DNA from: a virus
Direction: 5' to 3' (one strand)
IMG/VR virus record: IMGVR_UViG_3300045988_151163
Coordinates: 10,857 to 74,856 of that record
DNA: 64,000 bases
Positions 23,401-32,482 of the stretch are shown here, in pieces (position 1 is the stretch's first letter; every line of letters starts with the position of its first letter). A program made the translations under genes and the position numbers. The notes under the pieces were generated by a model. The model was not told where the DNA came from and did not search any database. It was given only the letters and a program-made list of their open reading frames with translations.

Positions 23401-26087
23401 ATCAATGAAGGAATTATCATGGCTAATGACATAAAAGATTGTTCCACTTTTTCTGTTAAAGTTAAATCATCATTTGAAAAAATATTTCCTAAATTTCTAA
23501 TTTGATTTATTGCCATTGCTAATTGACCAAGAGAACCTACAACCTGTCCAATTTGTTGCATCGTGGTTTTTTGATTAAAAGCTTTAACCAATTCTTCTCG
23601 AAAAGAAATCAATCCTTTTTCAGTTTTTTGAATTTGCCCTTGCATTTGTTCAAGACCAGCTAAGTTTCCAGCTTGTGTTCTTGCTTCTTTAAAAACATTT
23701 TCTAGTACATCATCAAGAGCTTTTCCTTGTCGTGCTGCTTCTTTAGCTCTTTCTGCTAAATTATTAAAAAAATTATCAACCTCTGCTTGAGGTAAATCTA
23801 ATTCTTGAATATTAGATATAAAATCTTTATCTTGTTTTATTTTAGAAATTTTAGCGTCAATAGCTGATTCTTTAGCTTGAGTATCTAATTCTTTAAAATC
23901 TTCTTTTAAAGCTTTTAAATCAATAGTGGTAATTTTATCATCAACTTCTTTAATTATAGTTGAAATTTGAGACCACTTATCTTTAAAAGCATCTCCTGAT
24001 TTCATAATTTCTTTAATACTTGGTAATACTCGTTCATCAGTTTTTATTAAATTGCTCATTGCATCTTCTATCTGATTATTTCCAAAAGCATCAGTAGTCA
24101 TTGAAGTGCCGAGATTTTCACCCTCTATTGTATTAGCTATTTTTAAAAAGGTGTTTATTTTTTCTAAATCTTTAGATCTTCTTTCAGTAGAAGCTTCTAA
24201 TGATGTATCTATATCTAATAAACCTATTAAATTATTTTTTTGTTTAGTAATAGCTTCAACTTGTTCACTATATTTAACAGTCATTTCAGCTTGAGCAACA
24301 ATTTTTTTATTTAATAAATTTATTTGTTTTTCGTCTTCTGCTGTTAAGTATTTATTATTTTCAATTAAATATTGATTATTAGCTTTTAATTGAGCAGTAG
24401 CATCTGCAACGGCTTTCCCGCCCATGCTTTCTGGATTTTGAATATATGCATTTTGAGCAATTTCATTAAATTGATCTAAAGCAGGCATAGAATTCTTTAA
24501 TGCTTCTAAATTAGTTCTTGTATCTTTAATATTATTTGCAATATTAAGAATACTTTCACTAATTTTCCCACTAAAAGTCTTCAGCATTAAAGGAGCAACA
24601 AAAGACAGTATACCCTTTAAACCACCTGCTGTTTTAACAAAATTATCTACAACTTCTAATAACTTAGTAGCATCTTCAGTTAAGTCTTTAATACCTTCTG
24701 TATCAAATAAATCTTGATAAATTGTTTCAGCAGTTGCTCTTAATATTTCAAGCTTTTTATTTAAAGACTCCAAAGCAATATCTTGCTGTTCTTGCAACGT
24801 ACCAGCAGCATTTTGAGATACAGCTAGAGTATCTTGATACATACTCCAGTTATTAAATAATGCAGTTAAATTATTATACTGTCTTTTACCTGCCATAGCT
24901 ACTGCAATAGCTTGACGCTGAGCTTCCGTCCATCCTTGCCATTTCTCAGCAACCTCTTCCATTACAGTACCCATTTCTCTTAAGTTGCCTGTTTCATCCA
25001 GAACTCTAATACCAACAGACTCAAGAGTACCGGATACTTCACCAAGAGTAGTACCAAATTCATCAACGCCATCAACTTGTAAGTCGCCCATACGAGCATA
25101 AATTGTTTTAAGAGCAGTACCAACAGATTCTGGTGCTTGTCTTGTTACAGAAACAATAGTAGCAACTTGGGCAGATAACTGATCAATATTAACACCCATC
25201 ATAGACGCGGATGACGCTACTTTAGACATAGCTGTAGCCAGCTCTTCCAGATCTGATGCAGTTGCCGCACCTACTGCCGCCAACTTATCTACATATTCTT
25301 CATATATACCGAAGCCCTTTTCTGCGGCTTCGTTTGCTACGTTGTAACCATTCCATACAGCTGTGAGTTGCTCAGACACTTCCGCCATAGATTGACCTGT
25401 TACATTAGCTGTCTTTGCAGTAATATCAGTTAAAGCTTTAACTGTATCATCATCAAGACCCTGTTGGTAATAAATCAAAGCTCCTTCAGTGTAATCTCTT
25501 GTTGAAACAGCAAGCGCTTTTGCGGCTTCATTCGCGTCTTTTGAGAAATCTCTCATTTGATCAGCCGACTGTCCAGTTACAATTCTAATATCATTTAAAG
25601 CAGTATCAAGATTTTTAATATAACCATAAGCTTGTTGAGTGCTACTAAGCATTTGATTCCATAAACCAGAGCTCAATCCCCACTTAACAGTATTTTTCAT
25701 GGTTTGAGCCATTTCGTCAACTAGTTTATTAGTTCTTTTAACTACACTACCCATCTGAGTAAATGTATTGGTTAAATTTAAGAAAGCTTTTTGACCTGAA
25801 GTCCCTGCATTTAATAAATTTTTGCTTATTGTTTGAATATCAGTACCATTTTGTTTTAATACTTTATTAAACTTTTCAAAATTAACTGTATTGATATTTG
25901 GATTATAAGCCTTTTCAAGTGCAAGTTCAATTTGATCTATGGATTTTAATATTTCTGAAGTATCCATATTTAATGGATGTTCAAAAACAGTAAATTCTTT
26001 TCTAACTTCATTTAAACTTTGCTTTAATTCATTAACACCTTTTAAATCTGCTATTGTCCGCAGTTTAAAATCTATTGTGTTAGCCAT
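17427..26087 (-). CDS. tail tape measure protein (2886 aa)
   Basis: very long, mostly helical/coiled-coil ORF with Gly/Ser linkers (GGGGGSSSSKKEEE, GSGSSGGGGSSGGG) directly upstream of tail tip genes; AAGGAGG SD. Confidence 0.8.
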   Translation of the reverse strand: MANTIDFKLRTIADLKGVNELKQSLNEVRKEFTVFEHPLNMDTSEILKSIDQIELALEKAYNPNINTVNFEKFNKVLKQNGTDIQTISKNLLNAGTSGQKAFLNLTNTFTQMGSVVKRTNKLVDEMAQTMKNTVKWGLSSGLWNQMLSSTQQAYGYIKNLDTALNDIRIVTGQSADQMRDFSKDANEAAKALAVSTRDYTEGALIYYQQGLDDDTVKALTDITAKTANVTGQSMAEVSEQLTAVWNGYNVANEAAEKGFGIYEEYVDKLAAVGAATASDLEELATAMSKVASSASMMGVNIDQLSAQVATIVSVTRQAPESVGTALKTIYARMGDLQVDGVDEFGTTLGEVSGTLESVGIRVLDETGNLREMGTVMEEVAEKWQGWTEAQRQAIAVAMAGKRQYNNLTALFNNWSMYQDTLAVSQNAAGTLQEQQDIALESLNKKLEILRATAETIYQDLFDTEGIKDLTEDATKLLEVVDNFVKTAGGLKGILSFVAPLMLKTFSGKISESILNIANNIKDTRTNLEALKNSMPALDQFNEIAQNAYIQNPESMGGKAVADATAQLKANNQYLIENNKYLTAEDEKQINLLNKKIVAQAEMTVKYSEQVEAITKQKNNLIGLLDIDTSLEASTERRSKDLEKINTFLKIANTIEGENLGTSMTTDAFGNNQIEDAMSNLIKTDERVLPSIKEIMKSGDAFKDKWSQISTIIKEVDDKITTIDLKALKEDFKELDTQAKESAIDAKISKIKQDKDFISNIQELDLPQAEVDNFFNNLAERAKEAARQGKALDDVLENVFKEARTQAGNLAGLEQMQGQIQKTEKGLISFREELVKAFNQKTTMQQIGQVVGSLGQLAMAINQIRNLGNIFSNDDLTLTEKVEQSFMSLAMIIPSLISVYETFIAVKESNRIATLAETAAEKVKNAVLSLSARIEAKATVATTANTAVTKLNTIEKIKNQAATHSLGLAIGIVSGAMALVTAAVIGGIALYKAHKKAVEEDAKAAENAANAAHEVTLATEEQKESVNELVSSYESLKEQYKKNNLEAFRQQVYLLCQQHGIQSAAVQALTADYEELDNIIKQVQTDSNVDIQEATSEEKEKQTASISANIVKEAGARIDRVGQGQDTLDLQGMMSRNDSEKKLAQELDKLGIRFTDSNHITVESLTKVATENNAELVKILNENPSMASKQISELLNSETISTAITNWEDAETKGKTAERENSANEVFNNKNLGSKDVSYTDYQKGISAIVEKTRSTYGWKKEEGVEGEDYSKEENKKAIEDARQYAITYLTARNDALLQYSSKYEASRALIEKGYAEKTVQDIMASISDSDAKAILDNIDLVLPEDAGENLQKQIDGLGDFSVLAEVRSSATVAGGVLENLEDGELTQEQIDSLFADQGIQDYFGTQEDFEKLDSSEQIAQLKIFYDIRIEKEKELTQAIEDRVNAEAKANNESLTTQSQVEGMTSYSYTGYEKTQEGTIKRGEGSSVDYSGSVDKTYSTAIENFKTLEGALGNIKEEIESFPGLDSFLNVDDIEKATSAIEKLKEDGFDSLTDEEKNAIDIVSETIGVNKDQIKAWKDAIDEGEDLTNVSNGLNKAQNDLNNSTEDNVDQVEVWTAVHEKAKEEMSDITGELSSIQGAYNSLNSIMDSYNENGFLTIDNLNTLLNMDDQYLAALQIQNGQMSMNQSQLETLANAQLDLAEVKAVDEAMSQLARLANDDLALAEELTGNAATSSAQKMSAAQTAVYNLAMQMQSATVDAANLANQLAEIPGLDGIFKHKDAAKVVMQSLSTKLAAIGNVRANLGKSMSAGASKGGGGGSSSSKKEEEFTDDKVDRYWSVNKALEAINDELDKLEDKQSTMSGKQLIESLQEENKLLDQQIDKQKEKQKLQIQEAQEVQGRLKSFGVAFKDTGEITNYEAAYQAQINAYNAAVSAYNAGSLDEAGMDIAKQKYEDFKKQIERYDTLLYDEMKDVADAIAEEEKKQRENTLAIFEEDYKIKLDFSEAERDMQDFLAEMEEDFTKVYEDLGKKSKNIVASFSTYQGDNGTIAADLAAIGVVEREIMNLHTTGYSGMFETISQAQDRLKELQSDLMDHAKDMKDLFQDAWDAYMDGIDQAADKFEDLMDEFDRINDNLEYQAELIELIYGEEAYDMMDQLYSAQINNSGAQIESLRQQKEFWAEQAEAAKQSYGEESEAYQEAYEKMRDCEQDLNDAVLDRINLIKDQYQNTISSTIDTLEKKITGGTTLDYMQDQWDRLKESADLYMDATEKAYNTEIFKANVDQAITDTKSVKAKQKLLEFQEKELKALREKKQLTQYDIDAANARFDILQKEIALEDAQNSKNTMKVTRNQEGNWTYQYVADEDDVASKRQALLDSYKELYELSKTAYQSNIENLLKLDQEYLSKKKEYLEKYGADSQEMADLDKWYQEMSMGYASEAATAKSGLQEAQLGLTLEIYKQDEEAYASMTSEQQRLIKEATDNNISDFNSIYDAVRDNMNGIVDSIESSLVEGKGIWDAAADQMIEKWAGDDGSSVKAMVTDANDKLIEATQKYEEQVSDTADKAGQDFGPDGISGAIRGAEDETDNLKNKTAELASDSSSQLENLRNSVDQVKTAWEGVVQSIKDAINNIQQYLSLMQAAATASQTTFSSATNYGDYSYSGSGSSGGGGSSGGGYDGTTSTTASLSNNKMKYWIVNNSGDGNIMVEDDTAYASRDSAGRQIATLIARAKTLEGKRKYTNYTVAASTRDQKKGYRFRAKTGGYTGNWPMSQGDGLDSDNGRLGILHQKELVLNASDTENILDAVKIVRSMPNIISSIQNAISDVVGERLSSMTNEIGQGKTVSTTTGSNKEENNVYNIVAEFPNANNAAEIEQALLNLKNIAAQKNGIRK

Positions 26088-26112
26088 TCCGTTTCCTCCT
26101 TTTCTTATTTAA

Positions 26113-26152
26113 TTGCAAAAAATAAGACCTTACTATTAAATTATAATAGTAA
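26113..26152 (-). terminator. hairpin terminator between chaperone-like gene and the tape measure protein
   Basis: AAGACCTTACTAT...ATAGTAAGGTCTT + T-run. Confidence 0.45.
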
Positions 26153-26171
26153 GGTCTTTAAAATTAACTTA

Positions 26172-26708
26172 TTATGACCGTTCAAACTGAATGCCAGTTC
26201 CTTTAGCCATCTCCATTATCTGTGAATACTTATCAACGTCAAAATCTTTTAATTGTTCTACAATATCATTTGCGGACTTTGGCGCGAACTGCAAAATCTG
26301 GTCTGTGAATCCTTTAACCGAATATGTATATTTCTTATATTCTGTTACAACCCACTCATAAGCTTTAAGAATTCGATCCATTTCTTCTGAACCAATAGCA
26401 TCAAGTATTACGTTCATAACGCCATTTGTTTTAAGAATATCAAATAACTTAAGCAAATCTGATTTCTGAGCATCTGTAAAAGAAAGATTTGTGTGCGTCA
26501 TAACAATATAATCTGCTAATATACAATTTCCAAGGAAATCATTATAAATTGTTGATGTGGTAGCTTGTTCCACAACCGCCTGGATCATATCATTTAATTC
26601 TTCTGTAGAAATATAAGTTTTTACTTCTACTTTTTTATCTCCAAAATAAATTTCTTCTATATCTTCTTTAACCTTTAATTTTAAAGAAGAGAAACTAACT
26701 TTTGCCAT
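26172..26708 (-). CDS. tail assembly chaperone or tail tube protein (178 aa)
   Basis: immediately upstream of the tape measure protein; start at MAKVSF with AAAAGGAG SD. Confidence 0.35.
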   Translation of the reverse strand: MAKVSFSSLKLKVKEDIEEIYFGDKKVEVKTYISTEELNDMIQAVVEQATTSTIYNDFLGNCILADYIVMTHTNLSFTDAQKSDLLKLFDILKTNGVMNVILDAIGSEEMDRILKAYEWVVTEYKKYTYSVKGFTDQILQFAPKSANDIVEQLKDFDVDKYSQIMEMAKGTGIQFERS

Positions 26709-26774
26709 TCCTTTTTCTCCTTTTGTTTTTCTTTCTATAATAATTATAGCAAAAAATTTTTGTCTTGTCAAGTT

Positions 26775-28226
26775 TTAGTTCATTAAAAATCGCAGATTTA
26801 CTACTGCTCTTGATGCTAAATAACCTGAAATAACTTTTTTACTTCTTTGATAAGCAAGTTCTATATCGTTACCTTTTCTTCCTATTTTTCTATTTTCTTT
26901 TCCTAAAAATCTCATGCCACTATTGATAAGAATATTTTTACCATTAACGTTGATTATAACTAAATTTTTAAAATTACCATTTTGTTCAACTTTTTGAATC
27001 ACATCTTGCAATAATTCATCAACTAATTTAACTTTTATTTGTCCTGTTGTTTTATCATTAACAATTAAGAAATCTCCTAATTTTTTATTTATATCATAGC
27101 CTTTTATTGCTCTTGCCAACATAATAATTCCAGCATCATTTACTAAAGCTTTTGCATTCTTTGCTTTTGGACCTAATGCAGCGATATTTGTAAAATGCAT
27201 TTGATAATTTTTATCCGTATCCATAAGCAATCTATAAAGAGGTGTTCCCGAAACTAATGTAATCCAAGAACCATATTGTCCAAAGGTTTCAGATTTTTCT
27301 GATAAACCAAGATATTTTGGTTTCCCATTAACCGTAATTGTTAAATAAGAGTCTACTTTTGAACGCATATTATATTCAGTATCAATAGTGATTTTATCAC
27401 TTCCTTGTGCGCTAAAAACCAAATGTTCGTTAATATTTCTTGAAGTACCACCCGCATTTATTGCACCTCTAACTTGAACTCCTGTGCTTTTTAATTCAGT
27501 ATTAAGTTGATCCATAAAATTTTTTACTGTTTCTTCTACAAAGTATTCAAAATGTAAACCTTCAATTAAAGCTTTTGGAACTTGACCATAATATTCTCTA
27601 ATTACATCATTAAATTGGGTTATAAAACCAAAAGTACCATATTTTCTACTAATAGGGACAACGCCACTATTTTTAGTCATATTTGCAATTTTATTATTTA
27701 ATTCTTTTAATTTTACATTTAAAGTATCTATATTTTTATTCTTTTTTTGTAATGAATCAAGAAAATCTTGAGAGTTTTTTGCTAAATCATTCATTTTATT
27801 TAATCTTTCTCTAATCGCGTCTAAGTCTAAATATCCTGGTTTATTTCTATATTGAGAAACGGTTATACTAGAATTACTACCTCCAGAAATCAAGTTACCA
27901 TTATCATCAAATTTTATGTTATTATATTTTTCATTAACTTCTTCACTGATTAAATTATACATTTTTTGTTTTTCATCTTCTGGAAAATTAAAAGTATCAT
28001 TTTTATCCTTTTGACTATCTCTTGCTGCATTTAAAAATTGCTCTAGTGTTTTAGCAAAATCTTTTTCTTGTCCATTAAGTTTTGTTAATTTTAAACTGTT
28101 TAATATTTCAGTGTGGCGACTGTGCCATGCATTATACTCATATGAACTATCTAAAAATACACCATTTTTATTATAACCTTTAATAGAATGGTGTATATAA
28201 TAACCAGATCTTTGAATTTTTGACAT
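26775..28226 (-). CDS. tail structural protein (483 aa)
   Basis: position between major tail gene and tape measure protein; SD AAAAGGAAG. Confidence 0.35.
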   Translation of the reverse strand: MSKIQRSGYYIHHSIKGYNKNGVFLDSSYEYNAWHSRHTEILNSLKLTKLNGQEKDFAKTLEQFLNAARDSQKDKNDTFNFPEDEKQKMYNLISEEVNEKYNNIKFDDNGNLISGGSNSSITVSQYRNKPGYLDLDAIRERLNKMNDLAKNSQDFLDSLQKKNKNIDTLNVKLKELNNKIANMTKNSGVVPISRKYGTFGFITQFNDVIREYYGQVPKALIEGLHFEYFVEETVKNFMDQLNTELKSTGVQVRGAINAGGTSRNINEHLVFSAQGSDKITIDTEYNMRSKVDSYLTITVNGKPKYLGLSEKSETFGQYGSWITLVSGTPLYRLLMDTDKNYQMHFTNIAALGPKAKNAKALVNDAGIIMLARAIKGYDINKKLGDFLIVNDKTTGQIKVKLVDELLQDVIQKVEQNGNFKNLVIINVNGKNILINSGMRFLGKENRKIGRKGNDIELAYQRSKKVISGYLASRAVVNLRFLMN

Positions 28227-28249
28227 ATCTTATTCACTTCCTTTTAGGT

Positions 28250-28280
28250 ATAAAAAAATTGGGAGCGCACCGCGCTCCCG
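28250..28280 (-). terminator. intrinsic terminator after major tail gene (GGGAGCGC..GCGCTCCC + T-run)
   Basis: GC hairpin with flanking A/T runs, works in both directions. Confidence 0.6.
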
Positions 28281-28292
28281 CATCTTTTTATA

Positions 28293-29315
28293 TTATGGTC
28301 CTACCTGTTCTGCTGCTGCTACAGTATAATCAGGAGTGTCCTTTGTTAATGTACCATGCTGTGTAGCATGAACAGACTCAGAATCACTTCCAAGATTATC
28401 TGTACCAATAACCTGCATTACACACATTACTTTCTTTGTAGAATCAAACTGTGTATAACCAGGGAAAGCATCCATAGTAAATGTAAATGTTGAAGGATCA
28501 CCAGATGAAGCCATTGAGAATGTGAATCCAGACTGAACCTTTACACGAGGTAAAATAATTTCAGCTGCCATATCCTGACCATCATCTTCACGTCTAAACA
28601 GAGTCTGAGCTTCAACATAGAAGTAACCACCAAAGTCTTCTGGCTTAATTTCTACTTCTGTTACACCTGTACTCATAATTAAGTAGAAGTCTAACTGTAC
28701 AGTCTTGCTATTAACAGTTTGACCAGTAGCATCTTTAAGAGTAAACGTAGCTACAGTATCTTTGTCTACCTTATAATCTTCATGTCCCTCAGTTGCATCT
28801 TCAACAGCCTTTGTACCAGAAACAGCTACATCGCTAATCCAGTCAATACCTGCACCAGATCCATCAAGAACAGTAGCATAAGCTGGAATAACACCACAAA
28901 CAATAAAAGATGTTGCTGCATTTAATCCAGTCTCTTCTCTTAAATCGTCAAGATCAACTTCTGCTACACCAGCATTACTTGTCATCTTATTTACTGTGAT
29001 GTGAACGTGGCTTACGTTCTTTTTATCTGGGTTAATAAGTCCTGCACCTGAAAGTACTGCTAATCCCATAGGAGAGATAAGTGCATCCTCAACTGTGAAG
29101 GTCATTGTCTTTTCACCTTCCCAAGCGATCAGACGGTTATTACCTTTACCACCTTGAGCATAAACTGTTGTTGTAGCCTGCTCAAGACTAGAAGTCTTAG
29201 CTGTATCAATCATGAAACAAGGCTGACCCTTTTTGAATGTCTTTTGACCAATCTTTTGATTGTTCGCTGTAGCCTTAAATACTACATCGCAAATCTCGCG
29301 GACACCGAACTTCAT
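28293..29315 (-). CDS. major tail protein (or sheath), highly expressed
   Basis: start MKFGVREI with AAGGAGG SD; locally much higher GC and GC-rich hairpin terminator 28250..28280 right after stop, as for abundant structural genes. Confidence 0.45.
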   Translation of the reverse strand: MKFGVREICDVVFKATANNQKIGQKTFKKGQPCFMIDTAKTSSLEQATTTVYAQGGKGNNRLIAWEGEKTMTFTVEDALISPMGLAVLSGAGLINPDKKNVSHVHITVNKMTSNAGVAEVDLDDLREETGLNAATSFIVCGVIPAYATVLDGSGAGIDWISDVAVSGTKAVEDATEGHEDYKVDKDTVATFTLKDATGQTVNSKTVQLDFYLIMSTGVTEVEIKPEDFGGYFYVEAQTLFRREDDGQDMAAEIILPRVKVQSGFTFSMASSGDPSTFTFTMDAFPGYTQFDSTKKVMCVMQVIGTDNLGSDSESVHATQHGTLTKDTPDYTVAAAEQVGP

Positions 29316-29338
29316 GTCTATTTCCTCCTTAATTTTAA

Positions 29339-30088
29339 TTATTTGGAATGGATATCTTCCATCCAATACTCTACTTCATCTAAATCTGTTGCACCAGCCA
29401 TTATAGCTTGCATATGCATATCATAAGCAAGTTTCTTTTGATAACGAGTGAATTCATCAGTAAGCTGATATACAGTATAATTCATTAAACTGTTAATGTC
29501 TTTTTGCTCACCAACAGCAAGAATTGAAATATAAAGATTAAATATCTCTTTTGGAGCATCTTTTTCTTTATGCTGTTTTTTAAGCTTATCATGTCTTGCT
29601 TTTAATTTTTCAGCAATCTTTGCGGCAAAGCCATCAGCTGGATTGTATTCTCCTTCTCCTTTACCGGGCGGTGTTAAACAGAACATATCTATTATAATAC
29701 TTTTAAAAGCATCATAATTGCCTAAATGAATAAAAGATTTTGGATTATTTTCTAAACTTAAATTTGTTAAAATAATCCTATTAGGTTCAAATTTTATTGA
29801 ATGATTTGGAAAAAGCAGAGTTAACAATAGCAAAGTATCTGTTTTAAACTGTGCTTTTTCTTTTGTATTCATCATTGACATAAATATTTCAAAATCACTC
29901 TTATTCTCTAAACCTATTTTGTCCTCTTCAGGTAACAAATCTTTTGAAAAATTTAAGAATGAGCAACCTGAATGAAAACTTTCTTCACTAATAAGTGAAA
30001 TTTCTTTAATAGTGGGTTGATGAATATTGACCTGAGCTTCTAAAAAGGGGATATCTAACCCCGATAAAAGTAATAAATTATTCACCAT
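29339..30088 (-). CDS. head-tail connector/tail completion protein (hypothetical)
   Basis: ORF; start chosen at ATG overlapping stop of upstream gene (ATAATGGTGAATAA). Confidence 0.3.
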   Translation of the reverse strand: MVNNLLLLSGLDIPFLEAQVNIHQPTIKEISLISEESFHSGCSFLNFSKDLLPEEDKIGLENKSDFEIFMSMMNTKEKAQFKTDTLLLLTLLFPNHSIKFEPNRIILTNLSLENNPKSFIHLGNYDAFKSIIIDMFCLTPPGKGEGEYNPADGFAAKIAEKLKARHDKLKKQHKEKDAPKEIFNLYISILAVGEQKDINSLMNYTVYQLTDEFTRYQKKLAYDMHMQAIMAGATDLDEVEYWMEDIHSK

Positions 30089-30686
30089 TATCAGGGTCAC
30101 CCGCCTCTGGAATAAAATCATCAGAACCATGAACTGCGGCATATGTTAAACAATAGCCAGATAATTCTTCTGAAATGACAATTTCATTACATCCCATAAA
30201 GTTTAGTGTTCCCAAACCCGAAAGTCTACATTCATTTAAAATACCATCAATATAACCAGCAATCTTAAGCGGTCGCTGCCTATAGTTTCCCACATCCCAG
30301 TATTGAGTGTGACAGATTATATCTATCATAACAGTACAATCTCTAAAATGAGGATTTCTTTCACAAGGAGCAAAATTATCAAAGGTTATTAAGATATAGC
30401 TTTTTACTTGCTCATTTTCGCCCATAAGGAGATTAGGATTTAATCTAATATACCCTTCATCATACATTTTAGCTACGCTTTTTTCTTTTATTCTCTTATT
30501 ATACTCAGGATTTGTCATATCAAAAAGACAATCTTTAGTATTTATAATAAGCAATCTTTTAAGCATATCACTATAAGGCTTACTATCTACAAATAGCTTT
30601 TTTAATATTGCTTCTGTATCTTTTTCACAAGAGAGAAAAGTGGATTTTATTTCTCCATTGTATCCATTTATTTTTCCAGCTCTCAT
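30078..30686 (-). CDS. head-tail joining protein (hypothetical)
   Basis: ORF with AAAGGAG SD. Confidence 0.35.
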   Translation of the reverse strand: MRAGKINGYNGEIKSTFLSCEKDTEAILKKLFVDSKPYSDMLKRLLIINTKDCLFDMTNPEYNKRIKEKSVAKMYDEGYIRLNPNLLMGENEQVKSYILITFDNFAPCERNPHFRDCTVMIDIICHTQYWDVGNYRQRPLKIAGYIDGILNECRLSGLGTLNFMGCNEIVISEELSGYCLTYAAVHGSDDFIPEAGDPDNGE

Positions 30687-30704
30687 TAAGAATCTCCTTT
30701 AACT

Positions 30705-31607
30705 CTAGAAAGAATCAATATTTACTTTTAGTGTAATATCTTCTTCTCCCTCTCTAATATAAGAAATTATAAAAGAATCAGCTTTTCCTGTTAATATATT
30801 TAACACTAACGTATTTTCGTCTGATTTTACAATTTTAACCTTATTAGAATTAACTACAAATTTACCATTACTAGCATTTTTTATAGAATATTCAATTTCT
30901 TCTCCAAAAACTTCTACAATTTGCGGGCCGTCGATATGAGGATCTCTTCGTTCAAACTCTTGGATCTCAGGAATAATCATATTATTTTCATCAATATTAT
31001 CAAAGTATTCATCTAAATAAACTTCAATAATACCTCTTTGACTGTATCTATCAACCGCTGCAACTCTCCAATTATGATTATCAAATTTTACAATTTGGAA
31101 TCTTTTAAAGAAAGCTTCTGTTTCTTCGTTTTTAGTAATATAAACAATTAAAGTATAATTTAAGTCATTACTTTCGATTGAGTGCTTCTGTCTCCAGATT
31201 AAGGAAGTCTCAACCGGTCCCCGCAAATAAACCCAATACTTGTTTTTATTTATATCTATTGAATAATTACATCTTCTAATTGCTGCTCTAAAATAAGCTT
31301 CTTCTGCATAATCTTGTAAATATGTAATCCAATATGTTTTAGTTCTATCCCAATAAAAAGTATCCCCTTCTTGTAATCCAGCTTCAAACTCAATAGAAAT
31401 TTCTTTTTGATCATAATCTTCTTTCAGCTTATCTGGATTTATTAAACAACGCCATTTTTCATTATTATTTAATGTTATCCATTCAGCTTGATATGAATTT
31501 TGCTGAGAAGAAAGCATAGATTTTAATTTACCTTTGTTTAAGCGACAATCTGCTGATTTGCCACCTAAATAGTTTATTCTTGTGGACATTCTATCGAATC
31601 CAGACAT
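30705..31607 (-). CDS. structural protein (hypothetical, 300 aa)
   Basis: ORF with GAGGTGA SD. Confidence 0.35.
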   Translation of the reverse strand: MSGFDRMSTRINYLGGKSADCRLNKGKLKSMLSSQQNSYQAEWITLNNNEKWRCLINPDKLKEDYDQKEISIEFEAGLQEGDTFYWDRTKTYWITYLQDYAEEAYFRAAIRRCNYSIDINKNKYWVYLRGPVETSLIWRQKHSIESNDLNYTLIVYITKNEETEAFFKRFQIVKFDNHNWRVAAVDRYSQRGIIEVYLDEYFDNIDENNMIIPEIQEFERRDPHIDGPQIVEVFGEEIEYSIKNASNGKFVVNSNKVKIVKSDENTLVLNILTGKADSFIISYIREGEEDITLKVNIDSF

Positions 31608-31915
31608 CGCTTCACCTCATTCATTAAACTCAAGCATTCAAAAATAGTTTTCCTAAAATAAAAAAATTCTTGTTCATCATCCTCATTATCTAAGAACAAT
31701 AGACTCTCTAATTTGCATAAAATTTTAAAAAAACTAAAATAATCAGATAATAAACTATCTAAACCTACTAATTCAAAGATTGTATTATTTAAAGAAGTTT
31801 TCCAATCTTTGTTTTCTTCTTTCAATGGAAGAACTTTATAAATTTGATTTGTTAATCTGGTTATTGTATTTTTAACTGCTTCTTTTGTTACATTGCAATT
31901 ATATTTTATAACCAT
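31574..31915 (-). CDS. hypothetical protein (113 aa)
   Basis: ORF with GGAGG SD, overlaps neighbours. Confidence 0.35.
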   Translation of the reverse strand: MVIKYNCNVTKEAVKNTITRLTNQIYKVLPLKEENKDWKTSLNNTIFELVGLDSLLSDYFSFFKILCKLESLLFLDNEDDEQEFFYFRKTIFECLSLMNEVKRCLDSIECPQE

Positions 31916-32459
31916 AGGATGGTTCCTCCATTATCTGCCCCATAGTAGATAACATAAGACCATTCTTTCCTCTTTTTCTTCTCTTATAAAGTCTTTGTAA
32001 ATGAAAACCTTGTTGTGTATAGCTTTCTTTTAAAACTTTTAATTTAGCCATGTGATTAGCTTGAGAAGTAAATTTAAAATCAGATCCACTATATTTCATT
32101 CGTGTATTATCTACATGAGCTAATTGTTGACCCAACCATTCTACAACCATATACATAGCAATAATCTCCTTTTCTTCTGGAGTTAATTCTGCATTAAAGT
32201 AGCCGCCTATCCATCCGATAGCCGGCACTTTTACATTATCACTTTCAACTCCACAATAGTCGCCCAAGTCATCATAATAACCTTCTACATAGTCATAAAT
32301 ATCAAATCTTGGAAACTCAACAAAAGAAATTGCAGCAATAAGCATTTCTTGAAGCAAAGGTAACGTTTCTACTTCTGAAATTTCCATATACATATCATCA
32401 GTTACCTTTTCAAGAAATCTATCATATATAGCTGAGAATGAGGTTACTTTATTATCCAT
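31899..32459 (-). CDS. hypothetical head-tail connector protein (186 aa)
   Basis: ORF with AAAGGAGG SD. Confidence 0.35.
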   Translation of the reverse strand: MDNKVTSFSAIYDRFLEKVTDDMYMEISEVETLPLLQEMLIAAISFVEFPRFDIYDYVEGYYDDLGDYCGVESDNVKVPAIGWIGGYFNAELTPEEKEIIAMYMVVEWLGQQLAHVDNTRMKYSGSDFKFTSQANHMAKLKVLKESYTQQGFHLQRLYKRRKRGKNGLMLSTMGQIMEEPSYGYKI

Positions 32460-32482
32460 AGAGTATCCTCCTTTTCTCTTTA

